This document shows positions 48,260-61,429 of a stretch of DNA of 64,000 nucleotides, one piece after another. Position 1 is the first letter of the stretch. Each line of letters begins with the position of its first letter. A program made the translations under genes and the position numbers. The DNA comes from Eledone cirrhosa (Eukaryota), in NCBI GenBank assembly GCA_964016885.1, contig OZ024740.1:36890001-36954000 (forward strand). The letters are read 5' to 3'. A model generated the notes under the pieces. That model was not told the DNA's origin and did not search any database. It saw only the letters and a list, made by a program, of their open reading frames with translations.

Positions 48260-51120
48260 ATGTTATTTCGTTTAGCTCAGTTCTGTGTCTCTATTGCCGG
48301 GTTCAGGTCTTAAACCTAGGGTAATAGCAGTTTTCATTGTAGAGAGAGAACTCATCTGAGAATGTGGGCTATTCCTAGTATTCCGACCATCTGTAGCATA
48401 TATTTGCTGATCTTGCAGGGAAGGATACTAAGGTGCGGGTATGATGATTTGGGTATTAATCCTAATGCTCCTATTACCATAGGGATAGTGTTTGTGGTCA
48501 TCCTCCACATGCGGTTGATCTCTTTTGCCACGTCTTTGTACTTTGACAGTTGTTCCATTGTTTTTAGATGCATTCTTGCCAGGTGATAGAACAATATCTA
48601 TAAGGCTACATGTCCGATGTGTCTTATTTTTTACGATGATATCTGGTCTGTTGGCAGTGATTTCTCGGTCAGTTATCATAAGCATATCCCACAAGATGGA
48701 TATGTTGCCATTTTCCATGACTGTTTTGGTTGATGTTCATACCATTTGTCAGAGGTTTGGATGTCATGAAAGCGGCAGAGCATCCAGTTCACATATTTGG
48801 CAATGTGGTTATGTCTTTCTATAAAGACAGTTTTTGCTAGCTCTGGACACCCAGAGATAACATGATCTACCGTTTCTTCATGTTTGTAGTATATTCTGCA
48901 TAGAGTGCTAGTCGCATCTTTTATTATTCTGTGTCTATAGGCCCGAGTGTTTAGAGATTGGTCTTGTGCAGCAACTAAGAGTCCCCCAGTCTCTGCTTTC
49001 AAACCAGCACTTCTGAGCCAGGATAGTGAGCCATACTGATCAATATCATTGTCAGAAATTCTTCTGGAAATCTACCATGTAGTGGTTTTGCCTTCCATTC
49101 ACGGTTTAGTCCCTCTGTTTAGAGTTTATTTGCTTTGATCTTCACAGTCCTAGCTTGTTGTGCAGCACTCTGTTGTTGACTTTCAATGGGTATATCTTGT
49201 TCCATGTTCAGTTTTCGCCTAAATGTTCTTGCCTCTTTTGTTATTGAGTGTAGTTTTTTAATCCATTCATACTTGAGTACAGGCTTGAGAAGCTCATCTC
49301 GGGTGTGATGGAGGTAGCTATCAATCCAATGGTTGCTGTTTTGCATGCTGACTGAAGTTGCAGGAACCCCTGTCCACCTTCTCTCCTTGAGATATTACAG
49401 CCTATATCAGCTTTGGGCTGATACATTTTTTCAGTTGTTAGTAGTTTTCTGGTTTTAGTGTCCAACCTTTGTAGTTCTTGCAGGTTCCAGTTTATGGTGT
49501 TAAAGCTGTATGTTACAACTGGTACTGCTAGACTGTTAATGGCTTTGAACTTGTAGGAGTTTAGCTCAATCTTTGTTATCAGTCTTACTCTCCTTATGTA
49601 CTCCTTCCGTATTTTTTCCTTCATACTTGCATGCTGGATTCCATCTCCTTCATTAACTCCAAGATATTTGTAGAACTCTTCATTGTTAAGTTCCTTTATG
49701 GTGGTTTGTTGGTCTATGACAATAGTTTGATGGTTAGAGAGCAATCGTCTTTTGCACACTTGTCCAGTCCAAATTTCATATGGATGTCATCAATGAAATG
49801 TTCCACTGTGTAAAGTAAACCTTCCAGATACCAATCATTGTTTCCAAATAGCTTGATATGATCCACATAAAGAAGGTGACTGTAGTGTGTGTTGTCTACT
49901 ACACAGCCTGTCCTCCGCAGTAACTAACTTAGTGGCAATAGATCTCCACAGACAAGGTAATTATAAACCCTGTTAGTAATCACTGATGTGAGGGATTTCT
50001 ACATCGTTGGAAGACATGTAAGTGGTCTGTAGTTCTTTACATTTTCTGTGCATTCATTCTTTGGTAGAAGTAGAAAATATGTTGTACCAGTTGTCATCCA
50101 GTTTGGGACCTCTCTTGGGTTTGCTACAATCCTGGAGAATTCAGTAGCCAAGGCTTCATGGAGCACATCCAGATGTTTCAGTCAGAAATTCTGCAAGCCA
50201 TTTCTGCCCGGTGATTTCCAGTTTCCAATATTGCTGACTGCTGTTTTTACTTCTCGTGAATTTATCTCATTCCATTCCTGGGTGCAAGCAGGAGTTTCTA
50301 ATTGTTCCAGCCATGGGGCATTAGAATTGTGGTCTTTAGCTTTTTCCCAGTAGTGTTCAACCTCATCAAGCTCAGGCGGTTGCCTTATTTCAATATTTTT
50401 TTCTGTCTTACTCTCTGTAAACATTTTTAGCATCTTCGGCAAATATTTTGTTCTGTTTAAAAAAGTTAGCTCTTTTTTTTTTTACTTTTTCTTAGTCTCT
50501 GCGCCTTCACCCGTATCCTTTGTTTCATTGATTCTTTCTAGTCTGCTTCCCGATTGTCCTTGTATTTCTTCCTCAGCCTAGAAAGTTTGTTGAGGTTGGT
50601 GTTTGTCCCCTTATCTGTTTCAGATACGAGGGAGATATCCGTCCTAAACTCTGTAATTTTGTTCTCCAGCTGTCTCCGCCATTTCAGTTTTGCATTTGTG
50701 CTTATGTTCATTGTTTGTATTTTAAGGTGCAGCTTGCCATCAATCACAGTTGAAGTGGCATATAGCAGCTGATTAATGTCATCAAGTGTCAGTGGTTTTC
50801 TGGGTTCATTTTTTATTACATTTAGTGCTTTGTTGACTTTCTCCTCCAGCTGATGCATCACTTTGGACACTTTCTGAGGTGGTGCCCGGTCTATCAGATT
50901 CTGAATTTTCAGAATCTCCCATTCACGCAGAATGTCTTCCTTCATTGTCCTGACAGTAGCGTCAACCAATGAGCAATCACCTATATATATTCATGTACCG
51001 GGAGGTTCTCATCTGTGGGAGCTTCAGTAATACTCTCACCGTCTGCTTCTTCTGTTGTATGCAGGTCTCCTTGACTGGAGTCGTTTTGTTGCTCACTTAT
51101 CTCCGCTTTGATGGTTTCCA
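48260..51120 (-). pseudogene. Decayed R4/Dong-type element, family C
   Basis: NWKSPGRNG, YKYLGVNEGDGI, AAQDQSLNT, HVISGCPELA, RHN, ANRPDII, KYKDVAKEI; short TAA run at the 3' end. Confidence 0.85.
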
Positions 51121-51121
51121 G

Positions 51122-51476
51122 TTCTTGAAAAGGAAAATCAGGGTAGAGACGGAAGTGCTCTCTTCCCAGCATTTTGTTGAAAGATGGGTGAGAGAGGCAA
51201 GAATGGCCCGAGTATGTGTCTGTAAATTAAAGGTGGAAAACTGGGAGAGGGCACTTGCCCTGGTGATCAGGGTCACGGTGGCTTTTTAATGGGCTTTCTC
51301 CACAAATGTCCCAAGGAAGTCTCCCCCCTATTGGGGAATTTTTTCATTGTTCTATTATTACATCCTCTGTTTCTTGTCTTTTTACACGCAGAAATGCCCA
51401 TTTGTACCGCCCTGTATTGTCCTGTGCTATCCTTAATGTCTACTTTATGTAAACCCTTGTGGTTAATAAAGAAATC
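51122..51476 (+). pseudogene. 5'-truncated Tx1 (T2/T3-type 3' end)
   Basis: LKRKIRVETEVLSSQHFVERW plus the 3'UTR, followed by (ATT)n. Confidence 0.9.
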
Positions 51477-51503
51477 ATTATTATTATTATTATTATTATT
51501 ATT

Positions 51504-53917
51504 TGCATTTATCTTGCTTTATGTTCATACGAGTTATCACCAAGTCACAACCAGTGACCTCAAGAGACAACAAGGTCCGCCATGTTCAAGAAAGAACATA
51601 CATATTCACACATGCATCCTTAGTGTTTAGACTTGTGATGTACTTATATTGACAGGATCTTCCTTAATATATGGGCAGTTCCCATTAGTACTATCTTTTG
51701 TATTTCTCCTATACGCGGGTTTCCTGGGATTTGCGATAAGTAGTCGTTAGACCCCTTAGGTATCACTCCCAGAGCGCCTACAACCACTGGTATTGTTTTA
51801 GTTCTCAATTTCCACATTTTTCCAATTTCTATCTCCAGGTCCTTATACTTGCTCAATTTTTCAAATGTTTTTATAGATACATTCTTGTCTATTGGAACAG
51901 ACATATCAATTAGCAGGCATACCCTCTTTTGAAAGTCCTTCAATATTATATCAGGTCTATTTGCATCTATTTTTCGGTCTGTTTGGATGCTAAAGTTCCA
52001 CAAGATTGAGATGTGATCTTTTTCAAGTATGGGAGGTGGTTGATGCTCCCACCAATTCTTTTGATGGGGCAGGTCAAAATGCTTACACATTATCCAATGT
52101 ATGTATTGTGCAGCTCTGTCATGCCTGTTTAGGTATTCGGTTGGAGCTATAGGACTGCACATTGAAATTATATGGTCAATGGTCTCTGGTTGTTTTTTGC
52201 ATACACGGCATAATGGGCTGCACCCATTTTTTATTATGTTGGCTTGGTAATTTTTTGTTGGCAGACACTGATCTTGTGCCGATATAATCAGTCCTTCAGT
52301 CTCCGATTTCAGTCCAGAGGATGCCAACCACTGATGGGTTAAAGTTTTGTCAACATCAGGATTGTTAGCTCGCTCTGGGTATTTTCCATACAGAGGCTTT
52401 TCTTGCCATTTCTTAGCCAGTTTCTGTAGCAGTTCTTTCTTTGCAGTTACTTTTACCTGCTTTGCTTTTTCTGTGTTTTCCATTTCAGCAGTAAATGGGA
52501 CTTCTGAAATTTGTAGTCCATTACCGTATCTTTGTGCATCTTTTGTAATGGAATATGATCTTTTGGTGCTTTCGTGTTTCAAAACGATTTTGATCATCCA
52601 ATCATGTGATTCCCTTAGATATGTGGATAATCCAATTGTTGCAGTTTTCAACGCAATGTCTAACTGGATTAACCCACGTCCTCCTTCTTTCCTAGGGAGA
52701 TATATTCTATCTATGTCTGCCTTAGGGTGATGCATTCTGTGCATGGTTAAGAATTTTCGGATTTTTGTATCGAGCCTACGGATCTCTGTGCTTGACCAGT
52801 TGATGACATTGTAACTGTAGGTTACTACTGGTATGGCAAGCGTGTTTATGGCATCGATCTTATTCCTTGCATTCAATTCCGTTCTTAAGATTGCTCTGAC
52901 TCTGCGGTAACATTCCTTCCTTATCCTTTCCCTCATTGTCGAGTGCTTGATTCCGTCTCCTTCACACACACCTAGATATTTGTAAGTTTTTTCTTGATCA
53001 AGCTCTCTTATCACGTTCCCCCGATCAAGATTAATGTCTGAACTCTTCAGCAGCTTTCCTCTGGTGAACGTTGCTTTGGCGCATTTATCCAGTCCAAACT
53101 CCATTTTAATGTCATCACTGAACTGCTTCACAGTGGATAATAGCCCTTGCAATTGTTCATCATTTTTTGCAAATAGTTTCAGGTCATCCATGTAGAACAG
53201 GTGATTAATGGTTTTGTCATAGACTCTATATCCATGTTTTGTTTCATTGAGCATTTTACTTAATGGTATAAGTGCGATGCAGAATAAAAGCGGTGATAAA
53301 GAGTCACCCTGAAAAATTCCACAATTAATATTAACTTCTCCAGCTTCCAGTGATTTATTTTTCACTATTCAAAAGGAGTGTCGTTTTCCATGTCATCATA
53401 CTGAATGACAAAAACCTCCTGACAACCGGAGATATTTTGAAAATCTCTAAACATTTTTCAATCCAACTGTGTGGCAAACTATCGAATGCTTTTTTATAAT
53501 CTATCCAAGCAATCGATAGATTTTTGTGTCTATTATGACAATCTTCCAGTATCATTTTGTTAACCAGAAGCTGATCCTTACAGCCATATGAGCCTCGTTT
53601 ACACCCTTTCTGCTCAATGGGAAATAGGTCATTTGTTATCAGGTGGTCATATGTGTATTCAGTTAGGACTGATGTTAAAAGTTTATACATTGTGGTCAAG
53701 CAGGTTATCGGTCTGTAATTTTTGGGATTGTTTGTCTCATCATTCTTCGGTAGCAGGAATGTAATGCCGTTAACTAGCCATGATGGTATCTTTTCTGGCT
53801 CCTTAACTATTTCATTGTAAAGTTGGGCTAACAGCTCATGAGACTCTGTGAAGGTATTTATCCAAAAGTTTTGTATTTTGTCTTTTCCTGGGGATTTCCA
53901 TTTGCTGGTTTTTCTTC

Positions 53918-53918
<1 letters not shown>
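51504..53918 (-). mobile_element. R4/Dong-type element, family B, 5'-truncated (one frameshift ~53360)
   Basis: ORFs 53355..53918 and 51644..53365 have KWKSPGKD, WIDYKKAFDSLPH, HLFYMDDLKL, CRVC..HIISMC, RHD, RPDII..LIDM; (TAA)n on both sides. Confidence 0.92.
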
Positions 53919-53955
<37 letters not shown>

Positions 53956-53956
<1 letters not shown>

Positions 53957-55993
53957 CTTGAATCTCAGTCATTGATGTTGGTTAACTGGAAAGTCCGTTG
54001 GATTGAATATCAAGCCACTACCTGCAGCCTCAGATATTCAGGACGTATCGGAGGGTTCTTGCTGTTCCAAGCAAGCATGCCTTTTGAAGCGTTCCAAAAA
54101 GCGTGAAGGGGCCGATTTTCTTTAACCATCCCTGGAAACTTTTGGAGATAGTCCCCAGTGCGCCTATGACAATCGGGATCACTTTGACTTCATGGCAGTT
54201 CCAAATCCTTTTCACCTCCCACTTTAGGTCCTGGTATCGGTTAATTTTCTCCCTCTCCTTCTCTTGCACTCTCGTGTCGAACGGGCAGGCCACATCCACA
54301 ATCAGACACGATCTTTTTTCTTTGTCCACAACCACCAGGCCAGGTCTATTGTGTTCCAGTTTTTTGTCCGTCTGTATCCTAAAATCCCACAGCACCTTCA
54401 CCTGATTGTTCTCCATCACCGCCTCTGGCCTATGCTCATACCATTTCTCAGAATGTGGTAAATTGTTTACTTTGCACAGGTGCCAGTGGATCACCCTGCC
54501 CATCACATCGTGTCTCCAGCCCTTATAGTGGGTCTGGGCTAGGTGTTTACACTCGGACACAATGTGAGCCACAGTCTCCTCTCTCTCTCCACAGATCCTG
54601 CACAGTGGGCTAGCCTCCTCCTTGTAAATATGGTGCTTCAACCACTTCGTTTTGAGGGCCTGCTCCTGCGCAGCCATTAGCATTCCTTCTGTAGCCTTTT
54701 TGGGGTCTCCTCTTCTCAACCAGTTCCATGTCTGTGGATCTCTAAATTCAGTTTTCTCAAAGAAGGTACTATGGAGGGATTTTCCCTTAAGGCTGCTCTT
54801 CCTCCTTGATGTTATTTCCTCCTTGGACATCCCCTGGCCTACTGTCCCCTCCTTCAGTACAGTTCTGAGCATTGGCTCCTTACTATAGGTCACGTATTTG
54901 TATAGGTTGTTTTTCTCCATCTGAACACAGTCCTCTATGCTGATAAGACCTCTTCCACCCTCAGATCTCCTTAGGTAGAGTCTATCGACATCACTCCTCT
55001 TGTGGAACATGTTGTAGATAGTCAATAGCTTCCTAGTCTTCCTATCCATTTCTTTTTGTTCAGCAACATTCCATCTCAGAATTCCCGCACTGTACCTAAT
55101 AATAGACACAGCTCGGGAATTTACTGCGCTTATGGCATTTCTGCTGTTCAGATGTGACTTCAATACGCTCCTTACTCTTCGAATGTATTCAGTTCTTAAC
55201 AATTCCTTCATTTTTTTGTTCTTTATGCCATCAGCCTCCAGAACGCCCAAATACTTGTATCCTTCCTCAGAGTCAATTTCCTTTATCATTTCACCTGTTG
55301 GTATCTGGATCCCGTTACTTCTGCTCAACCTACCCCTCCTCATCACAATGACTCCACATTTACCAATACCAAACTGCATACATATATCACTGCTAAAAAT
55401 ACGGACAGTGTCAACAAGCACATCCAACTCCTTCTCACTTTTCCCGAAGAGCTTAAGATCGTCCATGAAGAGGAGGTGATTGATGGTAAGCTCTCCCCCT
55501 CCCAACTTGTATCCTGCTCTCACTTTTCGCAGCATAATGGTCAAGGGCATCAGGGCAAGGACAAACAACAGAGGGGACAGGCTATCTCCCTGGAAGATAC
55601 CTCTCTTGATCTTCACGCTTCCCAAGGATACTCCAGTTGATGTCAACTCTGTCTCCCAGGACCCCATACTCCTGCCCAGCAACTGTCTGATGTTGTCTGC
55701 CACCCTGAAGATCTCCAGGCTTTTGGTGATCCAAGAATGAGGCACCATGTCAAATGCCTTTCTGTAGTCTATCCATCCCATGGCAAGATCAGTGTGTCTC
55801 CTCCTGCAATTCCCCATTACCATCATATCAATAAGTAACTGGTCCTTTGTACCACGTGACTTCTTTCGGCATCCTTTCTGTTCGTCCGGTAACAAGTTGT
55901 TTGTGTGGAGGTGATGGTAGATTTCCTCAGACACAATGCTCGTCAACAGTTTCCACATTACGGACAGACATGTGATTGGTCTATAGTTGGTAA

Positions 55994-55996
<3 letters not shown>
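53956..55996 (-). mobile_element. R4/Dong family A, 5'-truncated copy with open 642-aa ORF
   Basis: Near-identical to 23296-25335; (TAA)n on both sides. Confidence 0.93.
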
Positions 55997-56050
<54 letters not shown>

Positions 56051-56063
56051 CATTATTATTTTC

Positions 56064-56461
56064 GCGATGCCCTGATTAACTTTTTCAAATTTCATTTGAG
56101 AAGGAAAATCAGGGTAGAGAGGGAAGTGCTCTCTTCTCAGCATGTTGTTGAAAGATGGGTGAGAGAAGCAAGTATGGGCCGAGTGAATGGGCCTACTCTG
56201 AGTATGTGTCTGTAAATTAAAGGTGGAAAACTGGGAGATGGCACTTGCCCTGGTGGTCAGGGTCACTGTAGCTTTTTAATGGGCTTTCTCCACAAATGTC
56301 CCTCGGAAGTCTCCCCCCTATTGGGGAATTTTTCATTGTTATTTTTATTACATCCTCTGTTTTTTTTTACACGCAGAAATGCCCATTTGTACCCTCCTGT
56401 ATTGTCCTGTGCTGTCCTTAATGTCTACTTTATGTAAACCCTTGTGGTTAATAAAGAAAGC
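56064..56461 (+). pseudogene. 5'-truncated Tx1 (T2/T3-type 3' end)
   Basis: ORF2 end plus 3'UTR between (TTA)n tracts. Confidence 0.9.
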
Positions 56462-56476
56462 ATTATTATTGTTATT

Positions 56477-59400
56477 GGCCACCTACGTAGTAAATCGTAT
56501 CATCGTGAGCTCCGCAAAGGTTTGTTATTTCCAGTTGTTCAAAATTGTCATTCATGGAAAATGTTATTGTTAACTGTATATAAGTGCACATACATTGTTA
56601 TTTGAAAAGGACATCCAAAAAGATTGGGGCCTTGAGCCCAAAATTTAAACTTTTATAATTATCAAACAAAACATTTTCTTTGAAACATCATGGCTGACTC
56701 AGAGTCTCCTTTCTCACAAACTAACACCTCACACCGACACCACCATTGTAAATATTACTACGTTTGCCAACACTAAAATTATAAGCAGTAGCAATATTTT
56801 AAATTTGTCTCAGACATTCATTTCCCGCCATTACCAATGACTGCAGGTGTTAAAGCCGCCACCACCACCACCACCGCGGCGACAACCACCCCCACCACGA
56901 CAACAGAAACAAAATAAAAAAATAAATTAACTCGTGATATCGAAATGAATTCAACCAAAATGAATTCTTCCACACCGAACAATACTGACGCCACCACCAC
57001 CACAACTGAAACTAAAATTAATAATAACAAAAATAACGATAACAACAACAGCAACAATGAAATTAAGAAAACCACCCTGAGTTTTGCCAGAGTAGCAAAA
57101 CAGTGCGAAGCATTTCAGGTAACTCAGGAGGAATTAGAAGAAGCCAAAAAAATGGTAAAGAAAGATGGGAACAGGGTCAGCCTCACCCCCACCCCACCCA
57201 CCTAATAACATGGAGCATCGGCGCCTATGCACTGTGTCTTATCGAACAATTAATATAAAATCGCGCCGAGTGGAACGGGCATCCAAGTCCCAAATCCAAA
57301 AAGCTTTGGGACATGTGTGGGCAAAAAAAACCACATCAGACGGGGGCAGAGGTATGGAAGCGTGGACGTGTTCTTTGAAACACCACAGGAGGCTAGAGAA
57401 CACTCCATGGCCCCATTAAGAAGTGACGACTTCACACTCGTCCCAAGCTATTGTGGCCAGAGAATCGTAAAGATCAGGGTCATCCACGTTCCACCGGCCA
57501 TCGAAATTCCCTGGCTAATAGCTGCCGTCTTCGCCGGCATCGAAGCCAACACCAAGATAATCGAAATAGCGAAAGAAAAGCAGGAGAACTGGTCCGGATC
57601 TGGGATGGAGCTCCTGATCCAAGCGGAGCAAAAAAGCATTGAGGAGATCCCAGAGGTAATAGACCTCACTGACGGCAGCCACCTCACCGTAATTATCGAG
57701 GGCAGAAAGCCTAGGTGTGTCGTTTGTGGTGAAGGAACCCACCTAAGGGCTTTCTGCCCTCAGCCTAAAAGGTTGAGGCCTCCTCTCCTACCCACCCCAG
57801 TGACTCAACCATCAACACCACCAGCAGCAGAGATGGCAGCAACAACTGTAGCAGCAACAACAGAAGCAACTGTAACAGCAACGACACGAGCAACAGTAGC
57901 AAAATCAACACCACCACCACCCAACGCGCCAGAACTAGCACCAGCGCCTACACCATCCACCGCGCCACAACCAAAACTAACGCCTGTGGAGGATGTTCCA
58001 CTCCCCGGCCTATCACAACTGGAGACAGATTGTGACGACGAGGAGTGGGAAACGGTATCAGGAAAAAATAAAAAATAAAAATTTAAAAAAAATTCACTTC
58101 CTTCCCCTCCAAAAACAAAATACAGAGGGAAACAAATAAACTATCAAACAAAAAAGTTATGACAGATTGCCACCATCCACACCAGCATCACCAACCCCAT
58201 CACCACAAACACCAACACCACCATCACCTACACCACAAAAGTCACCAAAAAGCGAAACAGAAACAAACCCACAACAAACGCAAACAAAACAAAACAACCA
58301 AAACGATACACACTACACAGCATTAAATTTGAACAACAACCAATTATTACACTACATCCAACACATCACCAGCATCACAGAAAAAGACTACACAACAACC
58401 CAAAAGTTCACACAACCTCCACACATACAAATTACTCGCATCACACACAAAACGTACATGTAAAACAAAAATTCCCCAAAGACATCGGAGACTTCTGACA
58501 AGCACTCTCCAGGAGGATTTATAAGGACATCCTTCCTGAGGAGGCCACAAGCAGTGAAAAGGGTGGAGAAACCGTCCTTCCTCTACGAAAAGTATGGTAA
58601 GTGGTCTTTCCCATCTTTTCCACTCCATTTCAACATGACCTCACTCAGAATAGGCAGCATAAATGCGCGTGGCTTGGGGTCGTCATGGAAGCAGGGCCAC
58701 CTGCTCAACGACCTCAGGTCACTAAACATAGATGTAGTGGCCATCAGCGAGACCAGAATCTCCGAAGCCCGGGCCATCGCACCGATCTTCGGCGGCTACG
58801 ATGTGTACGCATCTCCCAGACGTCCGGGATCGGGGTGAGCAATTGCTGTGCTTTTTCGGAGAGGTTTGGATCTTGCCATACGGGCCATCTTCCTGGACTC
58901 AGAAGGTAAGTTGGTGGTGCTGGACGTGACCAGCGGAGACGGGAATGCTTTCAGGCTAGTGGCCGTCTATGTCCCGACAGGAGCAGGGCGGCCTGATTTC
59001 TTCCGGCGTCTGGAGACCTTTCTTGGAACATCCCGCTCTTTAGTATTGGTGGGCGACTGAAACGGGATCTTAGATGCACGCTGGGACTGTGTGGGATTAG
59101 CGGATAGGGGAGGAGGGTGCAAGAGTCTCACCAACCTGCTCAGGCGTTTTGAGCTGTCTGACAGGTACCGATTGGATTTCCCGAATGTGCCAATGTGGAC
59201 TTGGACAAATCTCAAAGGGTCATCCAGATCATATCTAGACAGAGTATTTTGTAGGGAAATAGATTGGTCTAGCATAGGCTGTCCACAATTCAATATAGTC
59301 AGCTACACGGACCACACATTTGTGATCTGTGTGCTTGACTTAGATAGGCTTCATAGACGAGGACCCGGCTACTGGAAGCTAAACGCTTCCTTACCAGCGC

Positions 59401-61396
59401 ACAAGGCCTACAAAGACCGGATTAGCGAACTAGTTAAGCGGGCGTTGACGGGGTCCATCGTCAACAACAAGTGGTGATTTGCTCTGAAAAGAGCAATTAG
59501 AATAGAGTCCATTAGGTTTAGTAAGGCTTTAGCAATAAAGAAAAATAGAGCAGAGGGAGAATTAGTTAGAAAATTAGACGAGGCGCTTAGCAAAGGCATC
59601 GCGACCGACGTACTTGCGGCGAAATTGGCCCTTGACCAATTCTTCAATGCAAAGCACGAAGGCTGCGTTGTCAGACCTAGGGTGCGTGCTCTCAGACACG
59701 AGGGGACGAAGCTGTTCAATGGGCCCGAGTGGCGGAGGCTCGTCGTGGCAACAAAGCCACGATCTGGTCTTTGGTGGACCACGACAGGCGCATGCTACTC
59801 GATCCCGGGAAAATGTGTGAAGCTTTTCAGCGACACTTCGCTCAACTGTTCGGGGGCAGCGGCGGGACGGATCGAGGGATAGACTTTAGTCTACCTCGAC
59901 GGACTGCCGCGGCGCTTGTCGTTGGTGGTCTGGTGGGAGAGGCGCAGACATGCGCCATTCCCGACAGATCCATCCACGACAACCTCCACCTCATGTGATA
60001 CATCGTAGAGAGGGTAGCTAGGGAACCTGGCACGGGTGGGTCCTTGATCAATTTAGATCAGTCGAAAGCTTTCGATAGGGTCGACCATCGTTACCTAGCG
60101 GCGGTCCTGAGGGCGGCTGGTTTTGGGCCCGTCTTCAGAGGCTGGATCGCTGCCATGCACAGCGACATCTGCTTTGTGGTGAGAGTGAACGGTCTCCTTT
60201 CGGAACCGTTCAACATCATGCGCTCAGTCCGCCAAGGATGTCCCCTCTCGTCCTTCTTGTACGTATTGACTCTCGAGCCATTACTGTACAAACTGGAGAC
60301 GATGAGGGGCGTCCCGCGCGAACTAGGATGCGGAAGATCCGTGTCAGCATATGCGGACGATGTCACCGTAGTGGTGTCGAACGCCAAACACATCGACGCG
60401 ATCGACACTACACTAAGAGAATACGAAGCGGTGACAGGAGCAATGATCAACCAGGAAAAGTCAGTGGGCCTGCAGCTCGGCACCTGGAGAGGCAGATCCA
60501 TGCCGTCCAACAGCGTCGTCGGGCGCTGGACGGACGGACCGGTTAAATTGCTAGGGGTCTGGTTCGGTCCGGACCTCCAGACGGACAAAAGCTGGGACGA
60601 GGTGACGAGCAGAGTGGCTTCTCTCACGCAGAAATGGGCAACTTCCAGAAATCCCTGGCCTGGCAGTGCTACCGAGGATCTTTGCCAGTTCGGGATAAAC
60701 TCTACAGGCATGGAGGTGCCGCCAGCCGGGCATGTCCGAGATGCGCGCAGGGCGACGAAACCGTCCTGCACGCACTCGTCCAGTGTCCGACCATTGCTGA
60801 CTTGTGGGTTTATGTCGAACACCTGCTGTCACGTGTAGGACGGATACGGCTATCAGCTGAGTCCATCGTGAGGATTGCCCCGCCCTCTTCCTTTAGCCGG
60901 GAAGGGCAGGCAGTTTTTATCTGTCTGGTGGCCATGGCGAAAGAGATAGTATGGTGGACACGTTTGAAAGGGCTGAAGACGAGCACTTACCTCTTCGGTG
61001 ATGCCCTGATTAACTTTTTCAAATTTCATTTGAAAAGGAAAATCAGGGTAGAGAGGGAAGTGCTCTCTTCCCAGCATTTTGTTGAAAGATGGGTGAGAGA
61101 ATCAAGTATGGCCCGTGTGCATAGGCCTACTCTGAGTATCTGTCTGTAAATTAAAGGTGGAAAACTGGGAGAGGGCACTTGCCCTGGTGGTCAGGGTCTC
61201 TGTGGCCTTTTAATGGGCTTTCTCCACAAATGTCCCTCGGAAGTCTCCCCCCTATTGGGGAATTGTTCATTGTTATTTTTTATTACATCCTCTGTTTTTT
61301 TTTACACGTAGAAATGCCCATTTGTACCGCCCTGTATTGTCATGCCCTGTCCTTAATGTCTACTTTATGTAAACCCTTGTGGTTAATAAAGAAAGC
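56477..61396 (+). mobile_element. Tx1-type LINE copy T3 (distinct ORF1, ORF2 with two internal deletions)
   Basis: ORF1 with CVVCGEGTHLRAFC; ORF2 58636-61149 with APE and YADD; (TTA)n on both sides. Confidence 0.92.
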
Positions 61397-61429
61397 ATTA
61401 TTATTATTATTATTATTGTTATTGTTATT